From the NCBI GenBank assembly GCA_963843375.1, contig CAWJKT010000007.1, forward strand, positions 32,001 through 96,000: a stretch of 64,000 bases of DNA. The letters are read 5' to 3'. Below are positions 53,205 to 63,590 of the stretch, piece after piece; within the stretch, counting starts at the first letter, position 1, and every line of letters begins with the position of its first letter. The notes beneath the pieces are model-generated. The model was not told the origin of the DNA and made no database searches. It saw only the letters and a list, made by a program, of their open reading frames with translations. The position numbers and the translations under genes were made by a program. Source of the DNA: an uncultured Pseudomonadota bacterium. Lineage in GTDB: Bacteria > Oederibacteriota > Muellerivitia > Muellerivitales > Muellerivitaceae.

Positions 53205-54523
53205 AAATCGGTATTGTCGGAGCTGGTGTAGCGGGTCTGACCGCCGCTTACCGTTTGGCCAAACAAGGACATGAAATCGAGATATTCGAGGCATCTGACC
53301 ACGTGGGAGGCCTGGCAGCCGGGTTCTCCGTTGCAGGAACCACCCTTGAAAAATATTATCACCATCTTTTCACAAGCGATGTTTGTATCCGCGGCTTGGT
53401 GGACGAACTAGGAATGCGGGATAAACTGCATTGGTTCACGAGTTCGATGGCCGTTTATCACAAAGGCGCCATGTATTCTCTTGCGTCACCCAAAGACCTT
53501 CTTGGTTTTAAACCTCTGCCTTTTTTGGAACGAATTTGGTTCGGTTTCCAATCAGTTTTTTACTTGGGGAAAGTGAAAGATTGGAAAAAATTCGAATCAA
53601 TTACCGCTCACGATTGGATGAAAAAATATTCGGGGCCGAATATTTGGAAAGTTATGTGGGAACCTCTTTTGAAAGGAAAATTCGGTCAATATTACGATAA
53701 AGTCGCTATGGCTTGGCTCTGGGCCCGCATTCATACTCGTGCGTCGTCCCGGAAAGGCTCAAAGGAAACTCTTGGATATTTCCAAGGAGGTTTCGAAGCT
53801 TTTCACAAATCTCTCGCCGATGCCGATCAAAAAGCCGGGGTCAAAATACATTTAAATACAGCTATTAACCAAATCTTGATTCAAGAAGGAAAACTCAAAG
53901 GCCTCGAAGTTCAAGGCCAAGAAAAAACTTATGACCGACTCATTTTTGCAGCAGCCACGCCTATATTTCTTAAAATTTGTCCCCAATTACCGGAAGCCTA
54001 TAAAAAACAAATGACTCAACTGGAGTTTATGGGAGCACAATGCCTCGTCTTGGTGATGAAACAAAAATTCAGCGATCACTATTGGACGAACATCTGCGAT
54101 TCGGATATTCCTATTTTGGGATTATTTGAACATACCAATTTCGCGCCTTCCGACTGGTACCAAGGAAAGCACATTATGTACGTCGGCAACTATCTACCCA
54201 GGGACCACCGGTATTTCAAAATGAATAAAGAGGAAATTTTCGCCGATTTGCTGCCTTACTTAAAAAAAATAAATCCTCAATTTGATGCATCCTGGCTGGA
54301 AGAATTTTATTTATTCCAAGATCTTTACGCTCAACCTGTTATTCCTCTTCACTACAGCGAAGTAAAACCAGGATACGAAACCCCCATTGAGAATGTTTAT
54401 TTGGCTAATATGGCCTTGGTTTATCCCGAAGATCGGGGTACCAATTTCGCAGTGGACGTGGGCAACAAGGTGGCCAGGCTTGTTGACGCTAAAGTAGATA
54501 TCCCCCTTTTTAAGGAATCCTAG
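53201..54523 (+). CDS. FAD-dependent oxidoreductase (amine oxidase / protoporphyrinogen oxidase-like)
   Basis: GAGVAGL Rossmann motif, LEKYYHHLF, YPEDRG; ATGA overlap with the upstream gene. Confidence 0.88.
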   Translation: MKIGIVGAGVAGLTAAYRLAKQGHEIEIFEASDHVGGLAAGFSVAGTTLEKYYHHLFTSDVCIRGLVDELGMRDKLHWFTSSMAVYHKGAMYSLASPKDLLGFKPLPFLERIWFGFQSVFYLGKVKDWKKFESITAHDWMKKYSGPNIWKVMWEPLLKGKFGQYYDKVAMAWLWARIHTRASSRKGSKETLGYFQGGFEAFHKSLADADQKAGVKIHLNTAINQILIQEGKLKGLEVQGQEKTYDRLIFAAATPIFLKICPQLPEAYKKQMTQLEFMGAQCLVLVMKQKFSDHYWTNICDSDIPILGLFEHTNFAPSDWYQGKHIMYVGNYLPRDHRYFKMNKEEIFADLLPYLKKINPQFDASWLEEFYLFQDLYAQPVIPLHYSEVKPGYETPIENVYLANMALVYPEDRGTNFAVDVGNKVARLVDAKVDIPLFKES

Positions 54524-54591
54524 TTTTTTGTACAACAGACTTACCCCGCCTGTGGTAACATTTTCCCGCTGAAAATTCACAAGGAGCATCT

Positions 54592-55299
54592 ATGCCCAAA
54601 GTTCCTTCCCTTTCCGTCTTTTTTCCCGAATATAACGAAGAAGCTAATGTTGAAAACATGATCCGCCAAGCCCAGAGGATCCTTCCCGAAGTAGCTGAAA
54701 AGTGGGAAATCATCCCGGTCAACGATGGAAGCAAGGACAAAACGGGCGAAATTATTGACCGTTTGTCCAAGGAAGACCCCAACATTCACCCTGTACACCA
54801 CGAGAAGAACAAAGGATATGGCGGGGCTGTCATTTCAGGATATAACGCCTCGAAATACGATCTAGTTTTTTTCACCGACGGGGACTTACAGTTTGACCTG
54901 CGAGAAATAACCCTTCTCATTGAAAAACTGGACGAGGGCGATCTTATCTTAGGTTATCGCAAAAATAGGCGCGATCCATGGAACCGCAAATTAAACGCAT
55001 TCATGTGGGGATCGTTCGTAAAATTACTTTTCGGATTTCAAGTTCGAGATGTGGACTGTGCCTTCAAGCTGATCAAGCGAAAGGTAATTGACAAAGTGCA
55101 ATTGTCCGCTGGCGGAGCAATGGTCTCCACCGAGTTGTTGGCCCGGTCAAGCAAAGCCGGTTTCCGATTCGCGGAAGTAGGCGTTACCCACCTGCCACGG
55201 GTGGCCGGAACCCAAACAGGGGCAAAACTTTCGGTAATCCTTCGTGCTTTCGTCGAACTGTTCAAACTTTACGGCAAAATTAAAAATCAGCCCAAATAA
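54592..55299 (+). CDS. GT2 polyprenol-phosphate glycosyltransferase (DPM1-like)
   Basis: PEYNEE, VNDGSKD, NKGYGGA, FTDGDLQFD, DVDCAFKL. Confidence 0.9.
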   Translation: MPKVPSLSVFFPEYNEEANVENMIRQAQRILPEVAEKWEIIPVNDGSKDKTGEIIDRLSKEDPNIHPVHHEKNKGYGGAVISGYNASKYDLVFFTDGDLQFDLREITLLIEKLDEGDLILGYRKNRRDPWNRKLNAFMWGSFVKLLFGFQVRDVDCAFKLIKRKVIDKVQLSAGGAMVSTELLARSSKAGFRFAEVGVTHLPRVAGTQTGAKLSVILRAFVELFKLYGKIKNQPK

Positions 55300-55330
55300 C
55301 GTTCTGGTTTTTAACCAAAAATATTTATTT

Positions 55331-56275
55331 CTAGCTTTGTTTTTGGAGGAAATTAATATGGGTTTGGGCATTTTGAATTAAGTCTGAATCACTGGTGTAT
55401 TGCATCACCTTCTGCCAAGTGTCCAAGGCCTCTTGCTTTTTTCCAAGCTTCTCATATGTCACGGCCATGTCGTCATAAATCTCCGGGTCACTGGGGCGAA
55501 TCTCGGCGGCTTTTTGAAAAGCCATCAGGGCGTCATTTGGCTGGTTTTTATCCAAATACACGCTTCCCAAGTCATATTGGTAATCGGCATTTTGATTGTC
55601 CAAAGCGACAGCCTTTTGGAACAAATCCAAAGCATCGTCATAATTCCCTGCGTGATAGTACCTCATACCCAAGTTGTTGATAACCTCGGCATTTGTCGGA
55701 TCAAAGTGAAGCGACATTTCATACATTCTTACGGAAGCATCGTTCATGTCAAAACGTCCATAGAGATATCCAAGGGCAAAATAAGCCTTGGCATAGGTAG
55801 GATCGATTTCCAAGGCTTTTTTCAGATAGGCAAAAGATTGTTGATACTGTTGGTTGTCATAGAGTTGCTTGCTTTTTTTGTAGAAGGTGTCGGGAGAGCC
55901 AAGTTCAACGGGAGGATTTTCAGCCACAGGAGCCGTAACCGTTTTAACCGCATGTGCCCTGGGATGACTTGGTTTCGAAACCAAAATAGGTTCCTTAACT
56001 AATTTAGGTTCCTCGGTTTCGGTGAGATGGCCGGTCCAGTGGGTAAATTCACCCCAAAAACCCCCGCAAACCAATAAAATTATGAATAAGAGCCAAAGAA
56101 TTTCGATCAAATCTTTGCCCAAATCTTTTAATCCGCCGACCTTCTTATTGTCGTTACCTTCGGCTTGCTTGGCTTTTGCCGCTCCCACGGCGACTTTGGG
56201 GAGTTCCGTGCCGCATTTAACACAGATTTTAGTTCCGTCGGGATTCTCGGCGTGGCAAGCTGGACAAACAATCAT
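55331..56275 (-). CDS. Zinc-ribbon / TM / TPR protein
   Basis: CPACHAENPDGTKICVKCG, one TM helix, about five TPR repeats. Confidence 0.88.
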   Translation of the reverse strand: MIVCPACHAENPDGTKICVKCGTELPKVAVGAAKAKQAEGNDNKKVGGLKDLGKDLIEILWLLFIILLVCGGFWGEFTHWTGHLTETEEPKLVKEPILVSKPSHPRAHAVKTVTAPVAENPPVELGSPDTFYKKSKQLYDNQQYQQSFAYLKKALEIDPTYAKAYFALGYLYGRFDMNDASVRMYEMSLHFDPTNAEVINNLGMRYYHAGNYDDALDLFQKAVALDNQNADYQYDLGSVYLDKNQPNDALMAFQKAAEIRPSDPEIYDDMAVTYEKLGKKQEALDTWQKVMQYTSDSDLIQNAQTHINFLQKQS

Positions 56276-56585
56276 TGAAGACCTCGAGAAAGTAATTAAT
56301 TATCAGGCGTCAAAAGCCGCCTTTTTTATTTCAAATCCTTCGACTAAAACCGTTACCAAATTACTTTCAAATGTCACAAAAACCATGATACTTTAACCCG
56401 CCTCAGTAAAACCTGTCAACTTTTAGGTGGGAAACATCTTTCTCTGGCTTCTAGCCAAATTTTCCGAAAGATGGATCGAACTCCTTGAGGTTTACCGATC
56501 ATTCACTGCAAAAATATGGATGGTCGCCTATTTCAAACGCATATCGGCAAGCGATACTCTAAACCCAGTTAAAAACTTATATTTG

Positions 56586-57785
56586 TTATTTGGTAATGTC
56601 AGCTTTTCTATCTAACATCGTCTTCATCCGTTGAGATAACTTTTGAAGCTGGCCCAAACTCTCTTCAACTAATTCAAATTTTTCTTTTACCTGATCCCCC
56701 GCCAAGTAAACTTTGTTGATTAATTGAAGCAGAAGCTCGTTGTCATTTCGCTGGTCATCCAAGGCTTGGGATATTTCGCCAAGTAATCCACCGGCCTTGC
56801 GAACCGATTTGACAATATTCATAAATACATCCCCGGCGCTATAAACCACGTTCACATTCTCTTCAATTTTGCCGGTTGTACTAATAAGGGAAATGGCGCT
56901 TGCGGTTTTAGCCCGAATGTCATCCACCAGATGTTTTACATCCCCTGAGGCTTTAGCCGAAGCTTCAGCGAGAGTTTTGATCTCACTTGCAACCACAGCA
57001 AAACCTTGGCCATGTTCTCCAGCCCTTGCCGCTTCAATTCCGGCATTTAAGGCCAATAAGTTGGTTTTACGGGCGATCGTGGTGATCGTCGCCAAAAAGT
57101 CGCCAATCTGTTCCGAAGCTAAATTCAATTGTTGAATAACTTCTGCCGAAGATCCAATAGTGGCTTTGATTTCGGTCATAGCTTTTATTTCTTTACCTAC
57201 CGACTTAATTCCGTCGGTCGCCGATCGGGCGGCTTCATCCGTGTCCGCTGCAACCTTTTTACTGTCATTCACAATAAGCTCGTTCAATTGGAGCAAAGAC
57301 TTGTTGATGCGGCCGGCTTTTTCAATATTGGATGACCAGTCGCGAAGAACATCGTGAAAAGCGTGAAAGACTCTTCCCATCTTATCTTGTTCTTGGACCA
57401 AATTTTCCAATTCACCCGAAAACTCTGGCCAAGCAAAATCCATTGGTTTCGAATCAGAGACCGCCTGGATTTCCTTAAGGGGAATTTTCTCCAATGAATT
57501 TTTCAACGCAACTTCTAACGGCTCATCAGCGCGTTCACTCAGGGAAAGAATTTCTTTTGCGGAATCAGGAAGTGAAGAATCTAGTGAAAGCTGACGCAGA
57601 TGCTCGATCTGGCGATGACGGGACAACTTGAGAAAAACATACCCAAAAATGCAGACAATAAAACCATCCGCCACAAAGGCCCAAGGTCGGCCCAATAAAA
57701 CAAAAGCTAAACCAATAACACCGCCAGATAGAAATAACGAAAACCAATAGAAAAAAAGGGAGCCGCTGATTTTGATGTTTATCAA
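56586..57785 (-). CDS. Methyl-accepting chemotaxis protein
   Basis: [37 protein letters not shown] hairpin tip; two N-terminal TM helices. Confidence 0.92.
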   Translation of the reverse strand: MINIKISGSLFFYWFSLFLSGGVIGLAFVLLGRPWAFVADGFIVCIFGYVFLKLSRHRQIEHLRQLSLDSSLPDSAKEILSLSERADEPLEVALKNSLEKIPLKEIQAVSDSKPMDFAWPEFSGELENLVQEQDKMGRVFHAFHDVLRDWSSNIEKAGRINKSLLQLNELIVNDSKKVAADTDEAARSATDGIKSVGKEIKAMTEIKATIGSSAEVIQQLNLASEQIGDFLATITTIARKTNLLALNAGIEAARAGEHGQGFAVVASEIKTLAEASAKASGDVKHLVDDIRAKTASAISLISTTGKIEENVNVVYSAGDVFMNIVKSVRKAGGLLGEISQALDDQRNDNELLLQLINKVYLAGDQVKEKFELVEESLGQLQKLSQRMKTMLDRKADITK

Positions 57786-57789
57786 ATGG

Positions 57790-58161
57790 TCATTTACCGT
57801 CGGAATTCTTAACTAAATAATTTTTCAAGAACTCAACGTCGTCTTCTTTCATGGCTAAAAAGTGAAGTCCACCCCCGGTTTCATTAGCCCAAACGACTTC
57901 GGCAAAAGCCGAGATAAGAGTGGATTTTTCGGGCAAGGAAATGTCGAGTCGTAAAATACTGCCGACATTCAAAATTTGTTCCGCCACAATGTAAAGTCCG
58001 CCCAGACTTACATCCATGGTCTTGGTGGTTTGTTCTTTCTTCTTACGCTCAAATACCGTTTCCAATTCTTTTTGGTCCTCAATAATTCGGTACTTAACAG
58101 GAATTTTAATCGAAATTCGCGGATGGATTCGCTTTTCCATAAACATATTGGCTTCTGGCAT
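57790..58161 (-). CDS. PilZ domain protein
   Basis: EKRIHPR (RxxxR) and DVSLGG (DxSxxG) c-di-GMP motifs. Confidence 0.9.
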   Translation of the reverse strand: MPEANMFMEKRIHPRISIKIPVKYRIIEDQKELETVFERKKKEQTTKTMDVSLGGLYIVAEQILNVGSILRLDISLPEKSTLISAFAEVVWANETGGGLHFLAMKEDDVEFLKNYLVKNSDGK

Positions 58162-58192
58162 TGACTACTCCTTACACTAAAATCAAATTGGT

Positions 58193-59207
58193 CTAAATAT
58201 TAACGACAATGAAAAAATCCACCCGATCCGCGGGACGGTTAGAGGGAAGACCAAACTCTTCCGGTAAATATGATACAGATCCATCAACAGAAAAATCCTT
58301 ATCCACCTTCACAACAAGGCCCACCTTTGAGAAAAAAAGCAGGCTCGTCGTTTGAATTGTTTGGCCGATACTGTTTAGATACTGACCATATGTCATGACT
58401 TGATGGTTAAATTCCATCAAACCGCTCGACCGTAAACTTAAATCATAATATAAATCGACAAAACGCTCACCTCGGTGAAATGCGAGATATTCGATGCGTC
58501 CTTCAGCCTCCACATTGTCGGGCCATTGAAAGACACCCGCCCCCAAAACCGAGGACGAATCCAACAAAATGGGTTGAGTTTTTTCATAGTGTATACTTTG
58601 AAAAAAGGAAAATCCACCCACTTCTTGGGCCATGACCATCCCAATGGCTTCTTCCGGAGCCCCTTTTCCGGTTGAAAGAAGTGGAAAAGCAAGATCAAAA
58701 GGATTGGTTCCAGTGGCAAATCGATATCGGCCATCCACACCTATAAAGTTGCCCTTTTTCTTTCGTCCCGACTATTAAAAAAGTGGCACCTATTTCCACA
58801 TCGCCAAGTTTGGCCACATTGTGGGTATTTCCGCTGGGATCAACAAGCGCATTTGCCTCAAAAGGAATGGTCGTCCGCAACTGTAAATCATCCGAAACCC
58901 AACCTTTTGTTTGGACCCCGTATTCGATACTTCTCATGGAATAGACGATTGGATTAGGTGAAGAGAGTTGCTGAACACCGTTGAAAAATATATCCGGAAC
59001 CCCGGTATTCACCCAATAAAAACTTGGCCGTTCTTCCCGAAACGTCGTGATTGAAAAAGCATCCCTAGAAAAATCAAAAACGGGATAAGGATCCAACTCC
59101 AAGGCTCTTATTTCAGACGGAAGGAGAGAAAAGAACAAAATGACGGCCATCAAAAACCAAATGAATTTTCGTTGGGTCGAAAAAAAGGACCAACAATCTT
59201 TTTTCAT
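58193..59207 (-). CDS. Hypothetical exported, probably outer-membrane barrel/transporter-like protein, apparent frameshift near 58755
   Basis: Signal-like segment; LGDVEIGATF...[shift]...FIGVDGRYRFATG...LSTG; amphipathic strands across ORFs 58695-59264 and 58193-58738. Confidence 0.55.
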
Positions 59208-59217
59208 TTCAAAAACG

Positions 59218-59778
59218 CTAGAACATATAAGCGAGGTTGGCATTCGGGCGGGGTTCGATCCCAAAATGAAAAGTTAGATAATTTTTTTTATTGTAATTTA
59301 TGGCGGTATTGGAGGCGTCCTGAATTCCGAACCCATAAACCGCAAGTGTCGCTAACCCAAACAAATTACCCGCCGTTTCATTCTTGGTATCTCCCAAACC
59401 ATCAACCAATTGAAGATTATCCAAGGTTTGCCAAAGGCCGATTCCAAAAAGAGAGGCAAAGACAATTCCTTTAATCGGATCCCCTGCATAAACCTGGCCG
59501 GCGCCGGGTAGAAAAACTGAAAATAGAGCGGCTTCGGTTGGACTTTTAGGTGAAAGTCCCGGAAGAGGCGTCGGGGTTGGGGTTGGAATTTGAACCATTG
59601 GAGCCACAACAGGGGTAGCGGTTGGTTTCACAATGTCCGTGGTGTTTCCCCATTCTTGGATTTGGGGCGGAGGTAACGGCGTGGGGGTTGCATTTTCGAC
59701 ATTCCAAAAGTTGGGAGCAGACTCGAGATTGGAGAACACCCCAAATGCTGCTAAGGTCAAAAGGACTTTAAATTTCAT
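59218..59778 (-). CDS. Hypothetical exported membrane protein (DUF5683/TM2-like)
   Basis: Signal, TPTP-rich segment, KSPTEAALFSVFLPGAGQVYAG motif, C-terminal Phe. Confidence 0.7.
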   Translation of the reverse strand: MKFKVLLTLAAFGVFSNLESAPNFWNVENATPTPLPPPQIQEWGNTTDIVKPTATPVVAPMVQIPTPTPTPLPGLSPKSPTEAALFSVFLPGAGQVYAGDPIKGIVFASLFGIGLWQTLDNLQLVDGLGDTKNETAGNLFGLATLAVYGFGIQDASNTAINYNKKNYLTFHFGIEPRPNANLAYMF

Positions 59779-59829
59779 AGACACTAAGGTATCTCTCCCA
59801 AATGGGGCTGTCAAGAAAACTGCTCGATT

Positions 59830-61413
59830 TCAAAACTTAACGAACTTCAAATCCTGAATATGGGGTATCTCTCGGAGTTCGGCCATCACTTTTTCAGGAA
59901 CATCATTGTCCACATTGACCATGGCGATGGCTTTCCCGCCTACGTCCTGGCGACCCACATAGAGTCCCGCGATATTGACCCCATTGCTGCCAAGGGTGGT
60001 CCCCAATCTTCCCACTATTCCGGGCCTGTCCTCATGGGCCATCCATATCATGTTTCCCACAGGAGTAAAATCCGTTGTGTTGCCATCAAGATTCACGATA
60101 CGGAATTCCTTTTTGCCAAATACCGTCCCCGAAATGGTATGGGTCCCCTTCTCGTTTTTCACGGTCACCGTGATCAATGAAGAGTAATCCTGAATACTGT
60201 TATTAACTGTTTCGGAAATTTCATACCCTCTTTCCTTCGCGATAATCAAAGCGTTCACGTAATTAACCGCCTCACTCATCCCTTTTTGAAGAATTCCTTT
60301 AACGAGACTGAGGGTTAGGGGCTTTGTGTCAAACTTAGCCACCTCCCCGTTGTACTCCACTTGAATTTTTTTAATATAAGATTCGGCCAATTGGGAATGG
60401 AAGGACCCTATCTTTTCAGCCAATGTCAAATAAGGCTTCAATTCCTCAAGGATTTTCGGATCGAGTGAGGGCATATTGACCGCGGCTCGAACACGCCCCC
60501 CTTTCAATGCTTCAACCATTTGTTCCGCCACCACCACCGCCACGTTGACTTGAGCCTCTTGGGTAGCCGCTCCCAAATGCGGCACACACACCACATTCTC
60601 CAAAGTCAATAACGGACTATCAAAGGGCGGTTCTTTCTCAAAAACGTCCAAAGCGGCCCCAGCCACCTTGCCGACTTTCAACGCCTCATAAAGGGCCACC
60701 TCGTCTATGATTCCACCCCGTGCGCAATTTACCAACCGCACACCGTCCTTCATCGCCTCGATTTGTTTCGCTCCGATCAAGCCTTTTGTTTCCTTGGTCA
60801 GGGGCGTATGGACGGTAATGAAATCAGCCTTCTTAATAATTTCATCAATCGTCACGATTTCAAACTCATGGCCTTTTGTTTTTGCCGGATCGACATAAGG
60901 ATCGTAAGCCAGAATCCGCATACCCAAACCAATGGCCTTGCGGGCAACATTGGTGCCGATACGCCCTAATCCAACCACACCCAGAATTTTTTCATTCAAT
61001 TCACACCCAATAAATTTGCTTCGTTCCCACTTCTTTTCTTTAAGGGACTGTTGGGCCTGAGGAATCTTACGGGCCATTGCCATCAACATGGCAATCGTAT
61101 GCTCCGAGGTGGAAATAGTATTGCCATCAGGAGTGTTCATAACAATAATTCCACGCTTGGTTGCAGCCTCTAAATCGACGTTATCCACGCCAACGCCGGC
61201 CCTTCCAATGATCTTCATTTTCGTGGCTGCTTGGATCAAATCAGCTGTCACGGTGGTGCCGCTGCGAATAACCCAGGCATCGTAATTTCCAAGTATCTTC
61301 TTAAGTTCCTCGGGGGTCTTGCCCACCTGTTCATCGGTTTGAAAATCTTTTTCTCTACGGAAGATTTCCATGCCCTGTTCTGAAAGTTTGTCCGTAATCA
61401 GTATTTTGAACAT
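59830..61413 (-). CDS. serA: D-3-phosphoglycerate dehydrogenase (long form, ASB and ACT domains)
   Basis: GRAGVGVDNVD, GLGRIG, NCARGG, PHLGAAT, ACT domain DRPGIVG. Confidence 0.97.
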   Translation of the reverse strand: MFKILITDKLSEQGMEIFRREKDFQTDEQVGKTPEELKKILGNYDAWVIRSGTTVTADLIQAATKMKIIGRAGVGVDNVDLEAATKRGIIVMNTPDGNTISTSEHTIAMLMAMARKIPQAQQSLKEKKWERSKFIGCELNEKILGVVGLGRIGTNVARKAIGLGMRILAYDPYVDPAKTKGHEFEIVTIDEIIKKADFITVHTPLTKETKGLIGAKQIEAMKDGVRLVNCARGGIIDEVALYEALKVGKVAGAALDVFEKEPPFDSPLLTLENVVCVPHLGAATQEAQVNVAVVVAEQMVEALKGGRVRAAVNMPSLDPKILEELKPYLTLAEKIGSFHSQLAESYIKKIQVEYNGEVAKFDTKPLTLSLVKGILQKGMSEAVNYVNALIIAKERGYEISETVNNSIQDYSSLITVTVKNEKGTHTISGTVFGKKEFRIVNLDGNTTDFTPVGNMIWMAHEDRPGIVGRLGTTLGSNGVNIAGLYVGRQDVGGKAIAMVNVDNDVPEKVMAELREIPHIQDLKFVKF

Positions 61414-61427
61414 TAATTTTTAAATCC

Positions 61428-62582
61428 TTAAAGATTTTCGGCCAAAAGGATTTCCTCAGCCGCTTTCACGCCGGTTCCCAAGGGAACGTTTTTACCTAAT
61501 TTATGCATGACCATTTCCAATGTGGCGATACCCAAAATCACATCTGAACCATCGACATAACCCAAATGGCCAATGCGGAAAATTTTGCCTTTCACTTTCG
61601 CCTGCCCGCCAGCAATGCTAATCCCGTAAGTGTCACGAAAGGTCTTATTTATTAGACCGCTGTCGATACCTTCCGGCGCGACAACCGCGGTCAGTGCGTT
61701 TGAAGGGGACTTGGGTGCAAATAACTTCAGCCCCAACGCTTCCACGCCCGCCCGGGTGGCCTTTGCCAATCCGGCATGCCTCGCCCAGACTTTTTCCATG
61801 CCTTCTTGGTTTATCATTTCCAATGCCTTCCGAACCTGGATAATCAGGGAAATAGCCGGCGTAAAAGGAGTGTCAGGCATTTTTTCTTCGGTCAACTTTT
61901 TTAAGGCCTTGTCGTAGCTAAAGTAATAGCGGGGATTCTTGGCGCTTTTCGTTTTTTCAACGGCTGCCGGCAAAGCGCAAACAAAACCAAGTCCCGGTGG
62001 AATCATGAAGCCTTTTTGTGAACCGGATAGGACCAAATCCACACCCCAGGCGTCCGTTTCGCAAGGCATGGCGCCAAGTCCGGATATGGCATCAACCACT
62101 ATCAGTGCTCCGGCCTCATGAACCACTTTTGTCATGGATTGAATATCGTTAACGACACCCGTGGAAGTTTCATTCAAAGTGGTAAATACAAGTTTGACAT
62201 CTGGGGAAGCTTTCAACCTTTTCTTGACCTCTTCCGGGTCCACCGCCTGGCCCCATTCAGCCTCATAAAGATCCGCCTGTACCCCGTAAACCTGGCAAAT
62301 GTCCTTCCAGCGGTTTCCAAAATGACCAGCAGAGGCCACCAAAACTTTTTCCCCCGGAGAAGTGAGGTTGCAAACCGCCGATTCCATAACACCCGTTCCA
62401 ACAGAAGCAAAGGTCATAACAGGCTGTTTGGTACGGAAAAACAACTTAAGACCGTCATGAGCATCCTTAAAAATTGCCTGAAACTGGGGTGTCCGGTGAT
62501 GAATGATCGGCATTGAGGCTTCAGCTAAAACCTCAGCCGGAATAGGGGTTGGACCAGGAGCCATAATGTATTTTTTTCGCAT
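61428..62582 (-). CDS. Class V PLP aminotransferase (alanine-glyoxylate / serine-pyruvate type)
   Basis: APGPTP, HHRTP, NETSTGV, VDAIS, GSQKG, FRIGHLG; directly upstream of serA. Confidence 0.93.
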   Translation of the reverse strand: MRKKYIMAPGPTPIPAEVLAEASMPIIHHRTPQFQAIFKDAHDGLKLFFRTKQPVMTFASVGTGVMESAVCNLTSPGEKVLVASAGHFGNRWKDICQVYGVQADLYEAEWGQAVDPEEVKKRLKASPDVKLVFTTLNETSTGVVNDIQSMTKVVHEAGALIVVDAISGLGAMPCETDAWGVDLVLSGSQKGFMIPPGLGFVCALPAAVEKTKSAKNPRYYFSYDKALKKLTEEKMPDTPFTPAISLIIQVRKALEMINQEGMEKVWARHAGLAKATRAGVEALGLKLFAPKSPSNALTAVVAPEGIDSGLINKTFRDTYGISIAGGQAKVKGKIFRIGHLGYVDGSDVILGIATLEMVMHKLGKNVPLGTGVKAAEEILLAENL

Positions 62583-62670
62583 GGAGAACCTCGTTTAATC
62601 GACCGGTAGGTTTGGAAAGGAAATTGGAGAATCCGGTTTTTTTAGCCTAAAATAACAAATTTCGAGCTTC

Positions 62671-62749
62671 TTGTGATTTTTTTCACAAAGTCACGTTAGT
62701 ATAACTTTTGAGAAAGTAGTGTCAAGGAACTTTGAGAAATGTTTCACAA
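62671..62749 (-). promoter_or_regulatory. Sigma70 promoter flanked by two Rex/CRP-like 18-bp operators
   Basis: TTGTGAttttttTCACAA (62671-62688) and TTGAGAaatgttTCACAA (62732-62749) bracket TTGACA(62725-62720)-16-TATACT(62703-62698). Confidence 0.7.
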
Positions 62750-62756
62750 AGGGGTT

Positions 62757-63590
62757 CTAGGACGCATTCAAATTAAGAAAATTGCTGATCATGGCGCCAA
62801 CTTCCTCAGGTTTTTCATGTGGCACAAAATGTCCAGTCCCTTGGACTACCTCAAAAGTTGTATTTGGATGGATTTTCCTGAAGGTCTTTTCACTTTCGGC
62901 TGTAAAAGTGTTTGAAAATTCACCTCGAATGACCAAGCTGGGTTGCTTTAGCATTGCCGCAAACTTCCAAACGTCAGTTGGTATTGTTTTATAGATTCGC
63001 GCTTCCCACTCGGGCGGATAGATGAGTTGGACACCACCTTCCGCCAAAGGCCCCGTTATACTCTCGGTATATGTCTTAACCATATCGTCAGACCAATTTT
63101 TAAAAAGATTCCGCTGCCTAAAATATCCATAAGCTGCTTCGATATTCGTCCAAGTTCTTTTGCGCCGCAATGCCCCCTTGACTAAAAATGACCTAGCTTC
63201 AAGACCAAAGAGTTTCATGAATTTAATTTTCCATAAAAGCTTAGGTGGCAGCATGGTAGGATCTATTAAAATAACATGGCTGAAAAGATCAGGCTCTTTG
63301 ATCGCCGCGTAAAGAGTGACCACACCCCCCAAACTATGTCCGATTCCTATTATTTTTTGGCCTCCAAAACCCTTTAAACCCTCAATGAGATCGTCGGCCA
63401 ATTGCGACCAATCCCGAAGCCATTCGGGAGGCGTATCCCCCCATAGAGGCCGTGCAAATAAAGATACAACATGGAAATGGGGTAAAAGCCTTTGAGTTGT
63501 TTTTTGGTAGGTGGCGGGTGGAAAGCCATTAGCATGGGCTAAATGAACAAGAGGCTTGTTGGAATTGGGATTAAAATCTTGAAACTTCAA
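62757..63590 (-). CDS. Alpha/beta hydrolase
   Basis: HANGF, GHSLGG nucleophile elbow, GHFVPHE; TTGA overlap with the clpX stop. Confidence 0.9.
   Translation of the reverse strand: MKFQDFNPNSNKPLVHLAHANGFPPATYQKTTQRLLPHFHVVSLFARPLWGDTPPEWLRDWSQLADDLIEGLKGFGGQKIIGIGHSLGGVVTLYAAIKEPDLFSHVILIDPTMLPPKLLWKIKFMKLFGLEARSFLVKGALRRKRTWTNIEAAYGYFRQRNLFKNWSDDMVKTYTESITGPLAEGGVQLIYPPEWEARIYKTIPTDVWKFAAMLKQPSLVIRGEFSNTFTAESEKTFRKIHPNTTFEVVQGTGHFVPHEKPEEVGAMISNFLNLNAS

Noticed and set aside
56276..56585. Structured RNA or small gene in the 310-bp intergenic region
   Set aside because: No riboswitch consensus, strong hairpin set or SD-supported ORF recognised; an Rfam/Infernal search would be needed to exclude it
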